A stretch of 64,000 bases of DNA from Tubulanus polymorphus (Eukaryota; Animalia; Nemertea), in assembly GCF_964204645.1 (NCBI RefSeq), contig NC_134026.1:30910150-30974149 (forward strand), read 5' to 3'. Below the pieces are notes generated by a model, which saw nothing but the letters and a program-made list of their open reading frames with translations, made no database searches and was not told the DNA's origin. Position numbers and translations under genes: made by a program. Positions 1 to 21,400 of this stretch are shown piece after piece; the first letter of the stretch is position 1; every line of letters starts with the position of its first letter.

Positions 1-75
1 ATAAAACCAGAAATTCGCAAATTTTGATTTCAGATTTTCTCTCGATGAATAAAGATCTCGATTGCGACGATGATT

Positions 76-8284
<8,209 letters not shown>

Positions 8285-8555
8285 AATTTCATTCACCGGT
8301 TAGAAAACATCTGAAATACACAATATTATAACTCTTCAGATCAGGACACGGTGAGAAAATCTGTGATAACTGAGAATTGACTTTTTCTTTATTACGCTTT
8401 AGGCCAGCAGGCAAAGCAGTTATCATATTGTCAGTTATCACAGTAGAACAATATGAATGTTATAATCATAGAAAGTAAATGCAGCCTTTCTTTTATTGGA
8501 AACATATTCCTCAATTGATTGACCCCATTTACATCGGCGCTATTCACCCCACCTG

Positions 8556-8663
8556 CACAGGGACTAGTCACAATCTGATGGATAATACCAGTATCCCTAT
8601 TTCTTTTTTACATAGGGATACTGGTATCATCTATCCTCCATCAAATTGTGACAAGCCCCTGTG
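8556..8663. mobile_element. Palindromic mini-MITE (about 108 bp hairpin)
   Basis: cacagggactagtcacaatctgatgg...ataccagtatccctat pairs with atagggatactggtat...ccatcaaattgtgacaagcccctgtg. Confidence 0.65.
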
Positions 8664-9229
8664 ACCACCTGGGTTTAGTGGGGAGCTGAATCAAGGTGGG
8701 GGGTCGAAACTCCCGCTTCTTAAATACAATGCTTCTTAAATACAATATGGTTACATTGAACTTCGGTTTTAGATTTATTCCTTTAGATTTAGAAGGTCAT
8801 TTTTTGTTTTTTTTTCTTCAATACATGATATTTTCTAGTAATTTCATTTCTTATCATGGATATTCGGGGATTATATTCATATTAAGGGTTATTTTAACCA
8901 GGGATGACATATTGAAGTATTTACAAGTTTGACAACGAGCGTTACGATGGTTGATCTACAAGCAAATTGCTTCATTACAAATACAAGTTTGTTGTAATAT
9001 TATATGGTGGATGGGTGTGGGGTACTGAATCGGTGTGGAGCCGGAGATTTTGACGGTTTTTAGTTCATAAGAATTAACTTAACGATGAACCAGAAAATTC
9101 AAACTACTCAAAAAAACGATATTGAAATAAATCCTTACTTTTAACATCAACAAAAATACAACAATAAATAGTGACTCATCTCACGAGTAGGAAACTTGTT
9201 ATTTACCAGCGTCACCCATTATTTCAATG

Positions 9230-9243
9230 GCGCCATCTGGTGG
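9230..9243 (-). promoter_or_regulatory. CTCF-like motif between divergent genes
   Basis: Minus strand reads CCACCAGATGGCGC, matching the CTCF core consensus; next to a CpG-rich patch at 9300-9640. Confidence 0.4.
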
Positions 9244-9804
9244 TTGTATCGAGTAAACAGTAAAATGCGGATTAAAAATGTAAAATACGAGACAAGGTAT
9301 CGGAATGCGTCGCGGACAACCTGCCACTATGATGCTCGGACCACGCCCGCGGCGCCGTGACAGGGGACTGTAAGGATTGGTAGTCCATCTCGTTAACGGG
9401 GATGGTGAAAGGCCGCCCGAGAAGGACAGAATGACGGGCATCGGATGCTCCACGATCCAGGCTTTACTGGACCCGGGGCCTGGAGTCATGACTTCTCGGT
9501 GGAACGGGCGGCATTTACTCCTCAATATCTTTTTTATCATCAACATTGAAACAAGTCCAAACCATCAATTCCGTCGCATGCCACGATGTGTGGGTTCCAC
9601 AAAGTGACCATCCCGATGTTGCTACGCCATCGACACAATACAATGCCAAAAATAAAAAAAATTGAAATCTAATAAGTGAAATTTCAAAGTATTTGCGCAT
9701 GAAAGGAACTCACACGCGGGATTGCCGGATAATTATCCGCAAATGAGGAAGTGATTTCAATGTTCAATGTTTTAAACTTTTGTTTCTGATCAAACTGTGC
9801 AATC

Positions 9805-10803
9805 ATGGCCTGGACTTATGTCAACAGAACTTCGCTCAGCGGCGAAACCTTCTTATCTCTGTCGACGCTACACGAGGTATTATTCGGTATTTGCACTTTA
9901 TTCGGAATTTTCGGCAACTGTTTATTGTTAATCGCTTACATCATCGACAGAAAACTTCGCACCACATCAAACACGTTTATTTTCTACGTGAGCATATCGG
10001 ACTTTCTCTTCAGCGCGTTACTGAGTCCTATCGTTCTTGCGTCTTCGATAGCGAAACGAAATGTAGTGAACGAAGGAACCTGTTTCGCTATCGGGATGGT
10101 ATCGACGTTCTCATTCGGCGTATCGATGTACGGTCAAGGTCTGATCGCTTTCAATCGCTATATCAGAGTCTGCCATCATTTCTTATACCCGAAAATATTC
10201 ACGAGAAGAAACGTGGTATTTATGTCGGTAGGGTTACTCGTGTCTCAGATCGTTGTTATCTACGGTTCGGTGCTCGTTGGTTGGTGCGCCTATGATTTCG
10301 ATGATCGGATGTTTACCTGTATGTTTGACTGGAAGTCCCCTAAACCGTGCACGTACATACTCCTGACAACCGCGTTCATTCCCGCTAATTCTATCATCTT
10401 TCTTTACATGCAAATATTTCTGTTCATTCGACGCGCAAACTCTAGTCGCAGGAACACGGTTAACAGAGAAACACGGAACAGTAGGACCCGCGTAATTAAG
10501 GCTCTTTTCACGGCGTTCGTTCTGCTTCTGATGATGTTTACTCCGTTCGCTATCGTGACTATCATCGATAATAACATGAGTTTAGTTGGTATCGATATAC
10601 AACTGCGGTTTATAACATTCTCAGTGTTTTTCATCCCCTGTATAAATCCGGTCGTCTACGGACTGATGAACGCTCGTTATAAACGAAGTTACGGCAAAGT
10701 TTTTAATCTGGCGAAATATTGTTTGAGTTGTAAAACTCAAGTCGAGCCGCCGCCATCTTCGTCAGAGCAAGTCACTTCGACAACAGAAAGTAATCAATTC
10801 TAA
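9805..10803 (+). CDS. Intronless class A GPCR, melatonin-receptor-like (332 aa)
   Basis: Seven hydrophobic segments; GN in TM1; SISD in TM2; IAFNRYIRVCH (NRY in place of DRY, as in melatonin-receptor-like GPCRs); CINPVVYGLMNARYKRSY; downstream AATAAA signals. Confidence 0.9.
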   Translation: MAWTYVNRTSLSGETFLSLSTLHEVLFGICTLFGIFGNCLLLIAYIIDRKLRTTSNTFIFYVSISDFLFSALLSPIVLASSIAKRNVVNEGTCFAIGMVSTFSFGVSMYGQGLIAFNRYIRVCHHFLYPKIFTRRNVVFMSVGLLVSQIVVIYGSVLVGWCAYDFDDRMFTCMFDWKSPKPCTYILLTTAFIPANSIIFLYMQIFLFIRRANSSRRNTVNRETRNSRTRVIKALFTAFVLLLMMFTPFAIVTIIDNNMSLVGIDIQLRFITFSVFFIPCINPVVYGLMNARYKRSYGKVFNLAKYCLSCKTQVEPPPSSSEQVTSTTESNQF

Positions 10804-11640
10804 CCGATTAAAACTTCCATCAACTCCGCTTTATTCGGTAGCGTTGAGACTGAGTTGAGAATCAGGGAACTCGGTAGCGTGTTGGGACTGCTGTAATAAA
10901 TTGAGAATGTGCAAATCAATAAAGATAAGGAAATGAACAAAAAATTCTGATTCTAAAAATATAATTTGTCATATAATTTTAACATCCATAATTTTAACAT
11001 TTATAATTTTACTTCCTTGTACACTGCATTCACCTGTAGATAATGTAATCATGTTACATCTATTCATTACTTGTTCGATCACATACAATGTATAGAAAAA
11101 TAGAAACAAACCCAAATTGCAGCTGACCTCGTTATTGTTCGCTGGATGAGTCGTCAGTGTTGTATCCATTTATTTACTGTTGTTGTTTTTTTTTTTTATA
11201 GTTTGTTTGACCATTAATCATATAACGACTATAAGACAAACTGACAGAAATAGTTATATCATTCACTAAGATTTATATAATTCGCTTGTTGAGAATGCAT
11301 GAAATTCTAGTTAATATATTTGTAATTGGTTGGAATAAAAGAATAAAATGCATTGGTAAAATATCCCGTTTATTTCTACATTCAATATAAATTTATAAAG
11401 GAACCAATGGACAGTTCCACAGTTGCTGACAGTTAATTCATTGAACTCGGAGTTAACTCTAACTCACAAGTGTGGAACTGGATCCTGTTAAATTAATGAT
11501 ACGAACTCTTGACCTTCATGGATGACTCGATCTTCGATTTTGAAGTGAAAGTTTTCATTGTTTTGAACGAGGTCAAATGTGATAGAACGAACAACAACTG
11601 TCCCGGCTATAACAGATTGTTACAATAAACAATTTGAGAG

Positions 11641-12280
11641 CAGAACCTCGTTACAACGAACTTCAGGAGACCAGAAAATCTGTCCGTTATAACCGATAGT
11701 TCTATAGCGGAACCTCGTTACAACGAACTTCAGGAGACCAGAAAATCTGTTCGTTATAACCGATAGTTCTATATACAGCGGAACCTCGTTACAACGAACT
11801 TCAGGGCCGCAGAAAATCTGTTCGTTATAACCGATAGTTCTATATACAGCGGAACCTCGTTACAACGAACTTCAGGAGACCAGAAAATCTGTTTGTTATA
11901 AGTAACTGGTAGTTCTATATACAGCGGAACCTCGTTACAACGAACTTCAGGAGACCAGAAAATCTGTTCGTTATAACCGATAGTTCTATATACAGCGGAA
12001 CCTCGTTACAACGAACTTCAGGGCCGCAGAAAATCTGTTCGTTATAACCGATAGTTCTATATACAGCGGAACCTCGTAACAACGAACTTCAGGAGACCAG
12101 AAAATCTGTTTGTTATAAGTAACTGGTAGTTCTATATACAGCGGAACCTCGTTACAACGAACTTCAGGAGACCAGAAAATCTGTTCGTTATAACCGATAG
12201 TTCTATATACAGCGGAACCTGGTTAGAGCGAACTTCAGGAGACCAGAAAAAAATGTTTTGTTTGTTGACCGATAGTTGTG
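11641..12280. repeat. Tandem array of about 71-bp units (9 copies), each a tiny hairpin MITE-like unit
   Basis: aacctcgttacaacgaac (or close variant) recurs at 11644, 11711, 11782, 11853, 11928, 11999, 12070, 12145, 12216. Each unit has an internal inverted repeat ttacaacgaac / gttcgttataa. Confidence 0.95.
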
Positions 12281-12699
12281 TAACCTATTACTAACTGTGT
12301 TGTGATTTTCATGAAAACAAACTAGGAAGATGATTAACATTGAAATAGTCTTCATCAGGGCCCGGTATCATCATAATGCCACCTCAAAATACATAAATAA
12401 CGTGATCTATTGCGGCATACTTGTTGTACAAACCAACGACATCTTAGCCTGATTGAATTTATGTAAACCACAGTTAACGTACACCATTGCTCCACAGCGC
12501 GTCTTATCTGTAACCAAGTACAATTGACGAACAAGAACTGGTAGCAAATTTCCGCAAGAAAACGCAATAACGTGTATTTTATGTTGGTCATATCCCCTCG
12601 TATTCGCCATCAAGTAGTCTTACGCTAGAAATGCAATTACTAGCTCAAGCATCGGGAGGATTGTAGCGATCGGCATTCTAACTGAGAACCCAGAATCCA

Positions 12700-12975
12700 G
12701 TCCTTGTTGTGAGTTAGAGTTGACTCTGAACTCAGGATCCAGTTCCACAGTTGTGAATTAGAGTTAACTCTGAACTCAGGATCCAGTTCCACAGTTGTTA
12801 GTTTGAGTTAACTCTGAACTCAGGATCCAGTTCCACAGTTGTTAGTTTGAGTTAACTCTGAACTCAGGATCCAGTTCCATAGTTGTAACTTGGAATTAAC
12901 TCATCGAGTCAACCAATTCATTTCCAATAACTTGATTTTGTGTCAGTTTTAACTCACAACTGCGGAACTTTTGTC
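12700..12975. repeat. 44-bp tandem repeat (about 4.5 copies) derived from the end of a caggatccagttccacagtt MITE family
   Basis: ctcaggatccagttcc at 12731, 12775, 12819, 12863; the same terminal motif occurs at 8078, 11465-11488 (inverted) and 38062. Confidence 0.85.
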
Positions 12976-13807
12976 CAGATTTGTATTGAAACTAGTAATT
13001 TCTCTAAAATAGTCAGCATTTCAAGTCAATCTGCGTCACAGATATGTACGCTACTCCCGGGTGACCACTGAAAGACGAATGATGTATTGTAAATCAGGTC
13101 GACTATTTACTTTAGTTTTATGAACAATGTACGAGATTGACGGTATGTCGTATAGAGCTGTTAGCCGGTGATGGATCGGCCTGCGAATACTGTCAATGTC
13201 TGGAGTAGTGTTAGAATCTGAAAGTGACAGAGAGAGAGAGAGAGAGGGAGAGAGCGGGCAGCAGACATGTATCTGATGTATAAATGTATATACATAGGTC
13301 TTCGTGTGTATTCAAAACGCTGCTTTGTAGTTTGAAAATTTGACTGAAAATTAAAACGTTTTTCTCTTCGACTATTTCTGTTTTGACTTCATCGCACACG
13401 ACATAGCAAAACACATCGAACACGTTTTTTTTGTGCGCACCGTGTGCGCTTGGTTTTAAAGTGCTTCAAAGGAAAATGTCGCAATTTTATCGCAAAGAAA
13501 ATTCATATTAAACGTTGTCAATGACAGCTGTTTTTATTGTTAGGAGTCGCGCTACTAAATGTATACATATTCTCTTTCATGAACTGAAATAATATTTTTC
13601 TTAAAAAAGACATAATTATTTTATGTTATGGCGTCATGTGGTGTCTTTAACAAAGCCTACTATACAATCTATGTCATGTAGCTTTTGTTTATAATTTCAC
13701 TTTACCAACATAGTATTCGTAGTGAAATCTGGCAAACTGTCGATTCTATTTTACAAATCTGAAATGAGTTCGTGTCTGGCCTTATGGACCCAGACTCTAA
13801 AAAAGAA

Positions 13808-13965
13808 GCCAAAACTGTAAAACTGGGTCCGTAGTAAAAATAAACCTACACAACAGCGGAACAGGCCCACAAAACTGTGGAATTGGATCCATTGTAAAAT
13901 TAAACCCACATAATTGTGGAGCTGGGCTCGGAATGAAATTAAACCCACGCAAAAGTGGAACTGGG
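13808..13965. repeat. Degenerate tandem repeat of the same MITE terminal motif (aactgtggaactgggtcc)
   Basis: Five diverged copies of aaactgtggaa(c/t)tgg(g/a)tcc...aaacccac. Confidence 0.6.
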
Positions 13966-14461
13966 TTAAGACTTTGAGTAATAATTTGACAACTGATTAC
14001 CCAAAAGTTCAGAGTCCAATCTAGATTAAGCCTTCACGAAAACTCTGTGAACATCAAAGAAAACCTCCTGATCTTGAATTAAACCCAACTGAAATAGTCT
14101 GCGTGCGATGTTTATTTCGTGCTCGAACTGAATAAACTATAGCGGGTTAGTTTGTAAATTTCAAGTGCGCGCGAGGCTGACTTCACCAAGTTGCCTTCAG
14201 GCTGATTTTAGATATGAATCTCTTATCGGGAACTGAATGGTAGCAGCAACAGCAGCAGCAGCAGCAGTGAACACACGCGACCACACCGTCGTAAGATTGG
14301 ATTTATACTATGTAACGAATAAATCGGATTATATTTTACAGTTCGAATGCTATTTTCTATTTATTTGAAGTGGATTAAAAACGTATTGCATCTAGTCCTC
14401 TCGCGATAAAAGGTGAAATGTCGTTCGAAGATGATCTCACAATATGAGGAAAAACTAAAAA

Positions 14462-14506
14462 AGTTGTGACGTTTCGACTCAATTTTATGAGCCATTTTCA
14501 AAAACT
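14462..14506 (-). ncRNA. Minimal type I hammerhead ribozyme motif, U3:A8 core variant (family 2)
   Basis: Minus strand AGTTT-TTGAAAA-T-GGCTCA-taaaat-TGAGTC-GAAAC-GTC-A(c)AACT: 6-bp stem II, palindromic ACGT stem III, GUC triplet. Confidence 0.55.
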
Positions 14507-16133
14507 AAGCGAGTAGTGACGGAGTGACATTTTTAATTCTATGCGCCATCCTCAAAACAGTTTCAAAAATATAAATTTGAAAATGGGGGTCATATAAAAT
14601 TGAGTGGAAATTGAGTCAAATGCTCTTTTAGTTTTTCTTCATAATTCATGGGGTTTTTCTTCGATTGAATTCGACAGTCACTTGTTGTCTATATGGAAAC
14701 GAGACGTCATCCCTGATAGTCGCCGCGCACCACCACCACGTTCCGCCAGTATCGACTCGCTCTAGTTCTATATCGGCTGTGTTCTAGTAAACCGCGTCGC
14801 CTCCACGTCAAACTTTATCAAACAAAAACCAAACGTATTCTCATCCTCATTATCATTATCATCATCAATCGATGGATGTTATGAATGAACTGAAGTGAGA
14901 AGATTTCTCTTTCGCATTTCTGACAAATGAAATTCTGTATAGAGTTATGTACTGATCAATTTGTTGTCAGTGTTGTGGATAAGTAGATTTGACAGTTGCG
15001 TTGTTCTAAACAAGCTGATACGGCGAGATATCGGCGGCACTTGTTGTGAATCATCCCCAATGTCATATTTACATCTTTTCTATGGATACTAATAATCGAT
15101 TCAAGAGTTTGGCTAAACCTCGAATTAGTGACTCGGTAAGTTTTGTTAGAGATGTTTCACCAAGTCTTTAACCAACAATGATTTATTTATATCTTGTATT
15201 TTTACTTCGTTCTGTTCTGTTTATTTATACTGATGCTTTTTTCTTGGATGTTTAACCTTTCATCGTCAACATCGCGTCATTTATTTTGTTATGTAGTTTT
15301 CGAATTAATCAATTTTGTAAAGGACTGGTTAAACGATTTTGAAAACTATTTGTGATGTGTGTTTTATTATATTTCAGCGGTTATTTTCCATGGATTTCGA
15401 AAACATCCCAAACATTCAAACCATGCGAATTTCTAGTTTTCAATTCTCAAATTTGCAACATTGCGACTATGAGTCGAGAGCGATATAAATAAATGACCAT
15501 TGGTCTTGTAGTTCGCTTGCACTCACCAGAACAGTTAAAAATGTATTGGTAATCTGTAATTTAGGCGTAATCCGCGATATATCAGGCATTCAGTGTCCAC
15601 AGCGAACTTTGTTCTTCGTAGCATGTAACATTAGCAAATAATTGATCAAAATGGACTTGATTTTGGTCAGTGTCAACTTTTAATGAAACTGTCCTTAACG
15701 ATAGTTCTAGAATGATATATCTTCGAAAGATTGATCAGCTTTATTTGTCAGTAGGAGTTAAATCTGGAGACACACGTTAAGTTACGTTTTGACACGAATG
15801 CTTTAGCAGTTGATGACGTTGATGACGTCATTAAGTCGACGACCGCGGATAAGCTCGAGTTAGACATGAGCAAAAAACTGTTGCCAATCTTGACACACGC
15901 CTCAACGAAATCTTATAAATATTATATTGATAAGAAATATTTTTATACATAAATCATTATTTAGAATCATCGATGATGTATTAACTGATTCTCAGTGAAC
16001 AGGATTATGAACGATCCCTTCTAAGGCAAGAGTGCATGATCCCTAGAAGACGGCCAAAGTCTGTTATAGCCCACTTTTTTATCGACAGCTCTCCGTCAAC
16101 GACCATCGTGCCAAATATCATTCCAAATCAATG

Positions 16134-16237
16134 TATATCCCAATTGCAATAACGCCAAATTCGGTATAGCACAAAATTCGTAATAGAGCCAAGTTGTTCT
16201 TGGTCCAAATCGTGGCGTTATGGGGTATTCATATACA
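16134..16237. mobile_element. Degenerate Tc1/mariner-type MITE
   Basis: gtatatcccaattgcaataacgcc ... ggcgttatggggtattcatataca imperfect TIRs with internal aaattcg repeats. Confidence 0.4.
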
Positions 16238-18192
16238 CTTTAACAAAGTCTTGTATCCGAGAGTGCGGAATATGGGAATTTCTGGTTCAAAAACTGTGAA
16301 CTGGAAAAACTGGAGTGACGAGTGAGAGTTTAGTTCAGTTCCATGCGCGATAGGAACGGAAACTAATTGAAAGAGCGTCGTCTCAGGTGCGAGTGAGCGT
16401 GAATTTTAAACGATCATTAATTAGAGATAGTGCAGTTCAGGCAGTCAGTCGACGTTAAAATCACTCGCGTGACCTGAGTTTTAAATTTCTCAGATTTTAA
16501 AATCAAGTTAGTGCACACGTAACTCATCCGTTGAAAATTGGGTCGAGAACATAGTCTTTTTATCTGTGCCCGATTATCTTTTATTCCAAAGGTTAGAAAA
16601 CCCAGTTTGTATGTCAAAGGTATCTTCAACAGAATTAAGCTTTTAGCTTTGGCTTTTTGACAAGCGGGTAACTCCCTATCCGTGGAAAAACGGTAGATTT
16701 TCATCGAAAATCTAATATCTAAAATCTTAAATTGTCATGCGGTGGATTTTATCGAATAAATTCTTATATATTGAACAAGTTTCTGACGCGTAATTAAATC
16801 TTATGCGAGGATAAATGATTTCACAAATATAATCAATTCTGATGGGCACAAAACAAACAAATAAATGACATAGGGACAACACGTATACGAGCTTATTGGA
16901 TGTCATCAAATAATCCACCATCTGTTAACCATAACATCCGTGTGTGGTCAGTGTCTGGTCAGCTAGCTGGACTTAAACTGGAGTGTCAGGTCAGCTAGGC
17001 TTTCACTATTGGGTCAGCTAAGGCTATCTATTTACCAGATATTCGTATCCAAAATCATCCCAGAAAATTGATTTGATTTTTTTAGTATCATTTCCGGGAT
17101 CATTAAAAGATGTTCAACCGAGACACCAAGGTTCCGGATCATAAGTTCTTGAACTGTATACAATCATCACTGACAAATATATGAAATGAATCGATTTATA
17201 GTCCATGATGAAACCGAGTTCTAGTTTGATTCGTATTTTCTCGTTCAACACCAAACTGAGTCTGAAATCCGCAAATAAACTGAATTATCACCAGTGATGA
17301 TGATAACAATAATATTTCATTTATCATATAGTATATAATATGTAGTATATGATATGTAATACGTAAATTTGCCAATTTGACAACATAATTGAAAGGACAT
17401 CCCCGAGCGTACAGACTGTTCCATTAATATAAACTAAGGTGGATGCCCTGTATAGGAGGAAAACGATACAATAAACAACGCAGTTAGAAATAATGACACA
17501 AATAAAGCAGAAAAACCCGCAGATACAATGAAGTTATAATCAATGTCTCATACGAAATATCAGCACGAAGAAATCTTAATGTATTCATTTCAGTTATTCA
17601 AGAATAAGTGTTAATTCCTCAGCCTCTCGGCTTTTATCACCTCTATGTCGATATTTTTGCTCGCGTTTATCTATTTTTCGACTCTCCCCGGAGAAACGCG
17701 GGATAAACTCATATCGTCGTATCTGATAGACTCCTGCCGGCGGGAATATAATAAGTGTCTGATTGGTTAGTGTAATCCCGCAGTTAAGCACTTTTGTCTT
17801 GATGATTTGGGTTTTATAATAAACGCAATGTCGATATAAGACCCTTACTGAGACATAACTATTAAACAATACGCATAGAAATGAGTGTTTTATAAGTTAT
17901 TTACAGCACTATTCGTCGATATCATATTAGATATACGCACTAGAGAATGTGATGGGTACATATTAATCATTGCTGGTTGTAAACCCTGGACAAATACCAG
18001 ACAGGGAGAGACACAGATTTCCGCTGATTTTCTGACGATTTGTTTGACCACATTTCGAAGCAAAGAACAAGCGGTTTATGTCGTTAACTTTATTTACTAT
18101 CATTGGAAAATATGCATCGTTTCTCTATTTCCTGAGGTCAGTTACACAGAGAAGGCATTGCAGGCATAGAACAAACAGCCTTAGTCCATAAT

Positions 18193-18450
18193 GGTTCCAA
18201 CCAATATAACAACTTGAGACCAGTCTAAGCTCATTTTGGTTCTATAACCAATCTAACAACTTAAGACCAGTCTAAACTCATGTTGGTTCTATAACCAATC
18301 TAACAACTTAAGACCAGTCTAAGCTCATTTTGGATCTATAAACAATCTAATAAGACTAAGACCAGTTTAAGCTCATTTTGGCTCTATAACCAATCTAACA
18401 ACTTAAGACCAGTCTAAGCTCATTTGAATTCTGCAGCTAATCTAACTTAT
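18193..18450 (+). repeat. 47-bp tandem repeat, about 5.5 copies
   Basis: Unit ttaagaccagtctaagctcattttggttctataaccaatctaacaac. Confidence 0.93.
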
Positions 18451-21400
18451 GAATTTTGGACTCGAGTAACTTGACCCATTTACATGAGCACAATATATAC
18501 AGGGATATATTGTATAGGCATTTATACGTGTGACGTCACACCCCCCGGGCGTCTAGTGAGCCAGGCGCAGGTGAACAATACATCGTGACGTCATAACAAG
18601 ATCCAACTATGAAAATATTTGATTTTCGAGCGAAAATATGTTTGACACTCGAAGGGGGAAAAATCTCAGTGAAGCATATTATATTTCATGTTTCATGATT
18701 AACACATCATGTCAATTCTACGTGAACAACTCTGTTTACGCAAATTAAATCTTTAATGGAATTTCCGGCAAAATGCAGCTCACAAAATAACAGAATGTTT
18801 TAGAACAAGCTACAACGAACCAGATATTAACGATCTGAATAATCGACACTGTTTGTAGGCAAGGAAACACCGAGCTGGCAAATGTTTTTGTGGCTCCTAA
18901 AAAACGAAACTGATGTTCACGTGGCACTGACTATCACAATAGAAGGTGTTGCTTTTAGTTGCTTTTACGTTTGTTGTTCGCAGAAATGTTTTCTCCGGGA
19001 TCAAAAATCGAATTGTGTAATTTCACTGCGCGCCTCCATGAATAAATATAGTTATAATAAATTAGCTGCTATCGTCAGTTCGGATATCTGCTCTTCGTAC
19101 AAAGCATATTTCAGTGAAGGTACAATTCTTCGTGGTTTTGCGTTGAAGTGCAACAGCGATAAGAAAAAAGAAGCTTTTCGTCGAGGTTCCTGATTAAAAA
19201 ATACCCATAGCCTATAGATAATCGAGATATTTGGCCGACAACCTGCAGTGTTTCTCTCTCAAACAGTTTACGAGTTGATGTTGCCTCATCAAACAGTGGT
19301 TTACGAATTAAAACAATAATTCAAGCCTGAAACACACAGTTACAATAAACATTACAAACCCGCTGGCACTTTATGTGCAATTACTCAACGCTTCCGATAT
19401 TTTCTACGTAGTAAATTTAAAGGAAAAAGTTGTATTTTGTTTCTCCACCGCGGAAATTACTTCACAAAAGTGCGCGTCTTAAATTACGCACAACGACAAG
19501 TGACACCTGTCGACCGTGTCTCAAAACTGACTGGCCAGACACAGTTCAAGGTCAATCCGTTATAATGAGCTAACAAAAAATATTATTGTTGAAGTATTTG
19601 ATCAGATGAAAGAAGATTCGATTTGGCCCTAGATGACACAGACGCAACAAACCGTAAAATGACAGAAATGTATCGTACCCGCTGTAACAAATTATCGAAA
19701 TAGCCGAATGTGATCGATCCCGTAATTATGAACAAAAATAATCATAAATATTTATCAAATTCTTAAATTAAATTCAAAAAACGATCATTCTGATAGTAGC
19801 CTTAACCAAACTTAAACCCAGTATTGTATATAGTGTACTGTTTCAATATACGTAGAAATTTGTCTTGAAAAAGTTTCACCCTGAAGTCGTTTGACTAAAC
19901 GATAGTAGAAAAATTACACCGTTTGTTTATCTTATGGTTATTAAAAAATTCTATAAACGTATATATGATATGTCTATATATATTCATATTGAATGTACTG
20001 TAATAATAGGCTACATCAGTTGAATAAAGCGAGGTTCCGGTATCCGTTACCCTGCGTGAACTTGTTCGTAAGAATTCACAGTTGCTGCTTCGGAAAACAT
20101 TTTGTTTAAAGGCAAAATTCATCAAACTGTTAACCGCAATTATCGCGATACTAATAGTTCTTCTCACACATCGGCTGCCAGGTGCTTGAACCTAAATGTC
20201 AGTTCGTGCTGCTTTATGTTTCTCGTGTTTTGAGATTACACGTATTGCATCTACCGAGAGATTTTGTTGGAATTATCAAACATTCTCCATTTTCTGAGAG
20301 AAGTTTATTCAACTGTCTGCTAGCGGAGGATTTTGATGTAAGTAAATCAGTTATAGTCGTTGAAAGATAATTCTGGGAATTGAACTTGAAAACAATGACA
20401 CATGGATATATGAAATAGACCCTATAGTATATAGGGATATTGGTCATCGATATCGGGTCAAGATTACATGCAATATCAAATTCACGTAGGCTCCAAGCAT
20501 CGATCCACAGTGCATTAGAAACAAGAAGATTACGAAATCTGCGCTCGACAAAGTTGTTTAAAAGATTATCGATATTCGTAGACATGAATTTGAAATATAA
20601 AACCAGTGTCTGTCTCTACTGTAATATTGACGTATTCAAGAATTATCAAAGCAACGAACGACATCGTGTTTACAGTTTTACAGTTTGAGAATTAATTAAT
20701 GGGTAACGTTAATGGTTTGTAGCTATATAGGATGATAGAGCGATAGTAAGATCGCATGTGAGATCACGTTTGACGCAGTCGTGATACGGTTTTTTTATCA
20801 GCATCATTAATGATGATGGTCTCTCATTTTGTTGCTGTGTGAACCTCGTTTATTATCATGTCGTTGTCAGTATGATCCGTCTCTACTCGACTTTGTCAAA
20901 ACATTCTAACCCGTTTCAAATGTCACCATCAGATCACCTTTATAGTTTACACACCCCATCAACATTACTACGAACTGACCTATCTATCATCTATCATACG
21001 CGAGGGTAATCTATGAAATTGAAGTAACACTTAGTGGTCAGGCGTCTACGTCGTGATAAGGAACCATAATTACTTGCATGTCAGCTCAGTATCAATAGCT
21101 ATGATGAGACGTGTCAATGGTAATTAACAGCAATTGGTCACGAGATGCAGAGGACGCGGCTGCTACATTACTTACCTTCATCATACCAATCTACAGATGT
21201 AAAAATCTGTTCACCATCCGAAATGTCGGTTAGTTCGGGATTAGGGCGATCGGGTCACGACTATGTGCTTCACTGAGACACTGGGACCCTATAGAGCAAT
21301 GCAAACACGGATACAACCACTTCTAGGACCGGCCAAATGGCTGTGCACGGTCCAATTCAATGAACCCTGACAAGGCGACTGTGCAAAAAGGCTCAACAAT

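Noticed and set aside
9199-9700. Short ORFs in the GC-rich intergenic patch
   Set aside because: No recognisable domain; better explained as promoter/UTR or a repeat fragment.
9780-10634. Alternative-frame and antisense ORFs overlapping the melatonin-receptor-like gene
   Set aside because: Shadow ORFs of a real CDS; no recognisable motifs.
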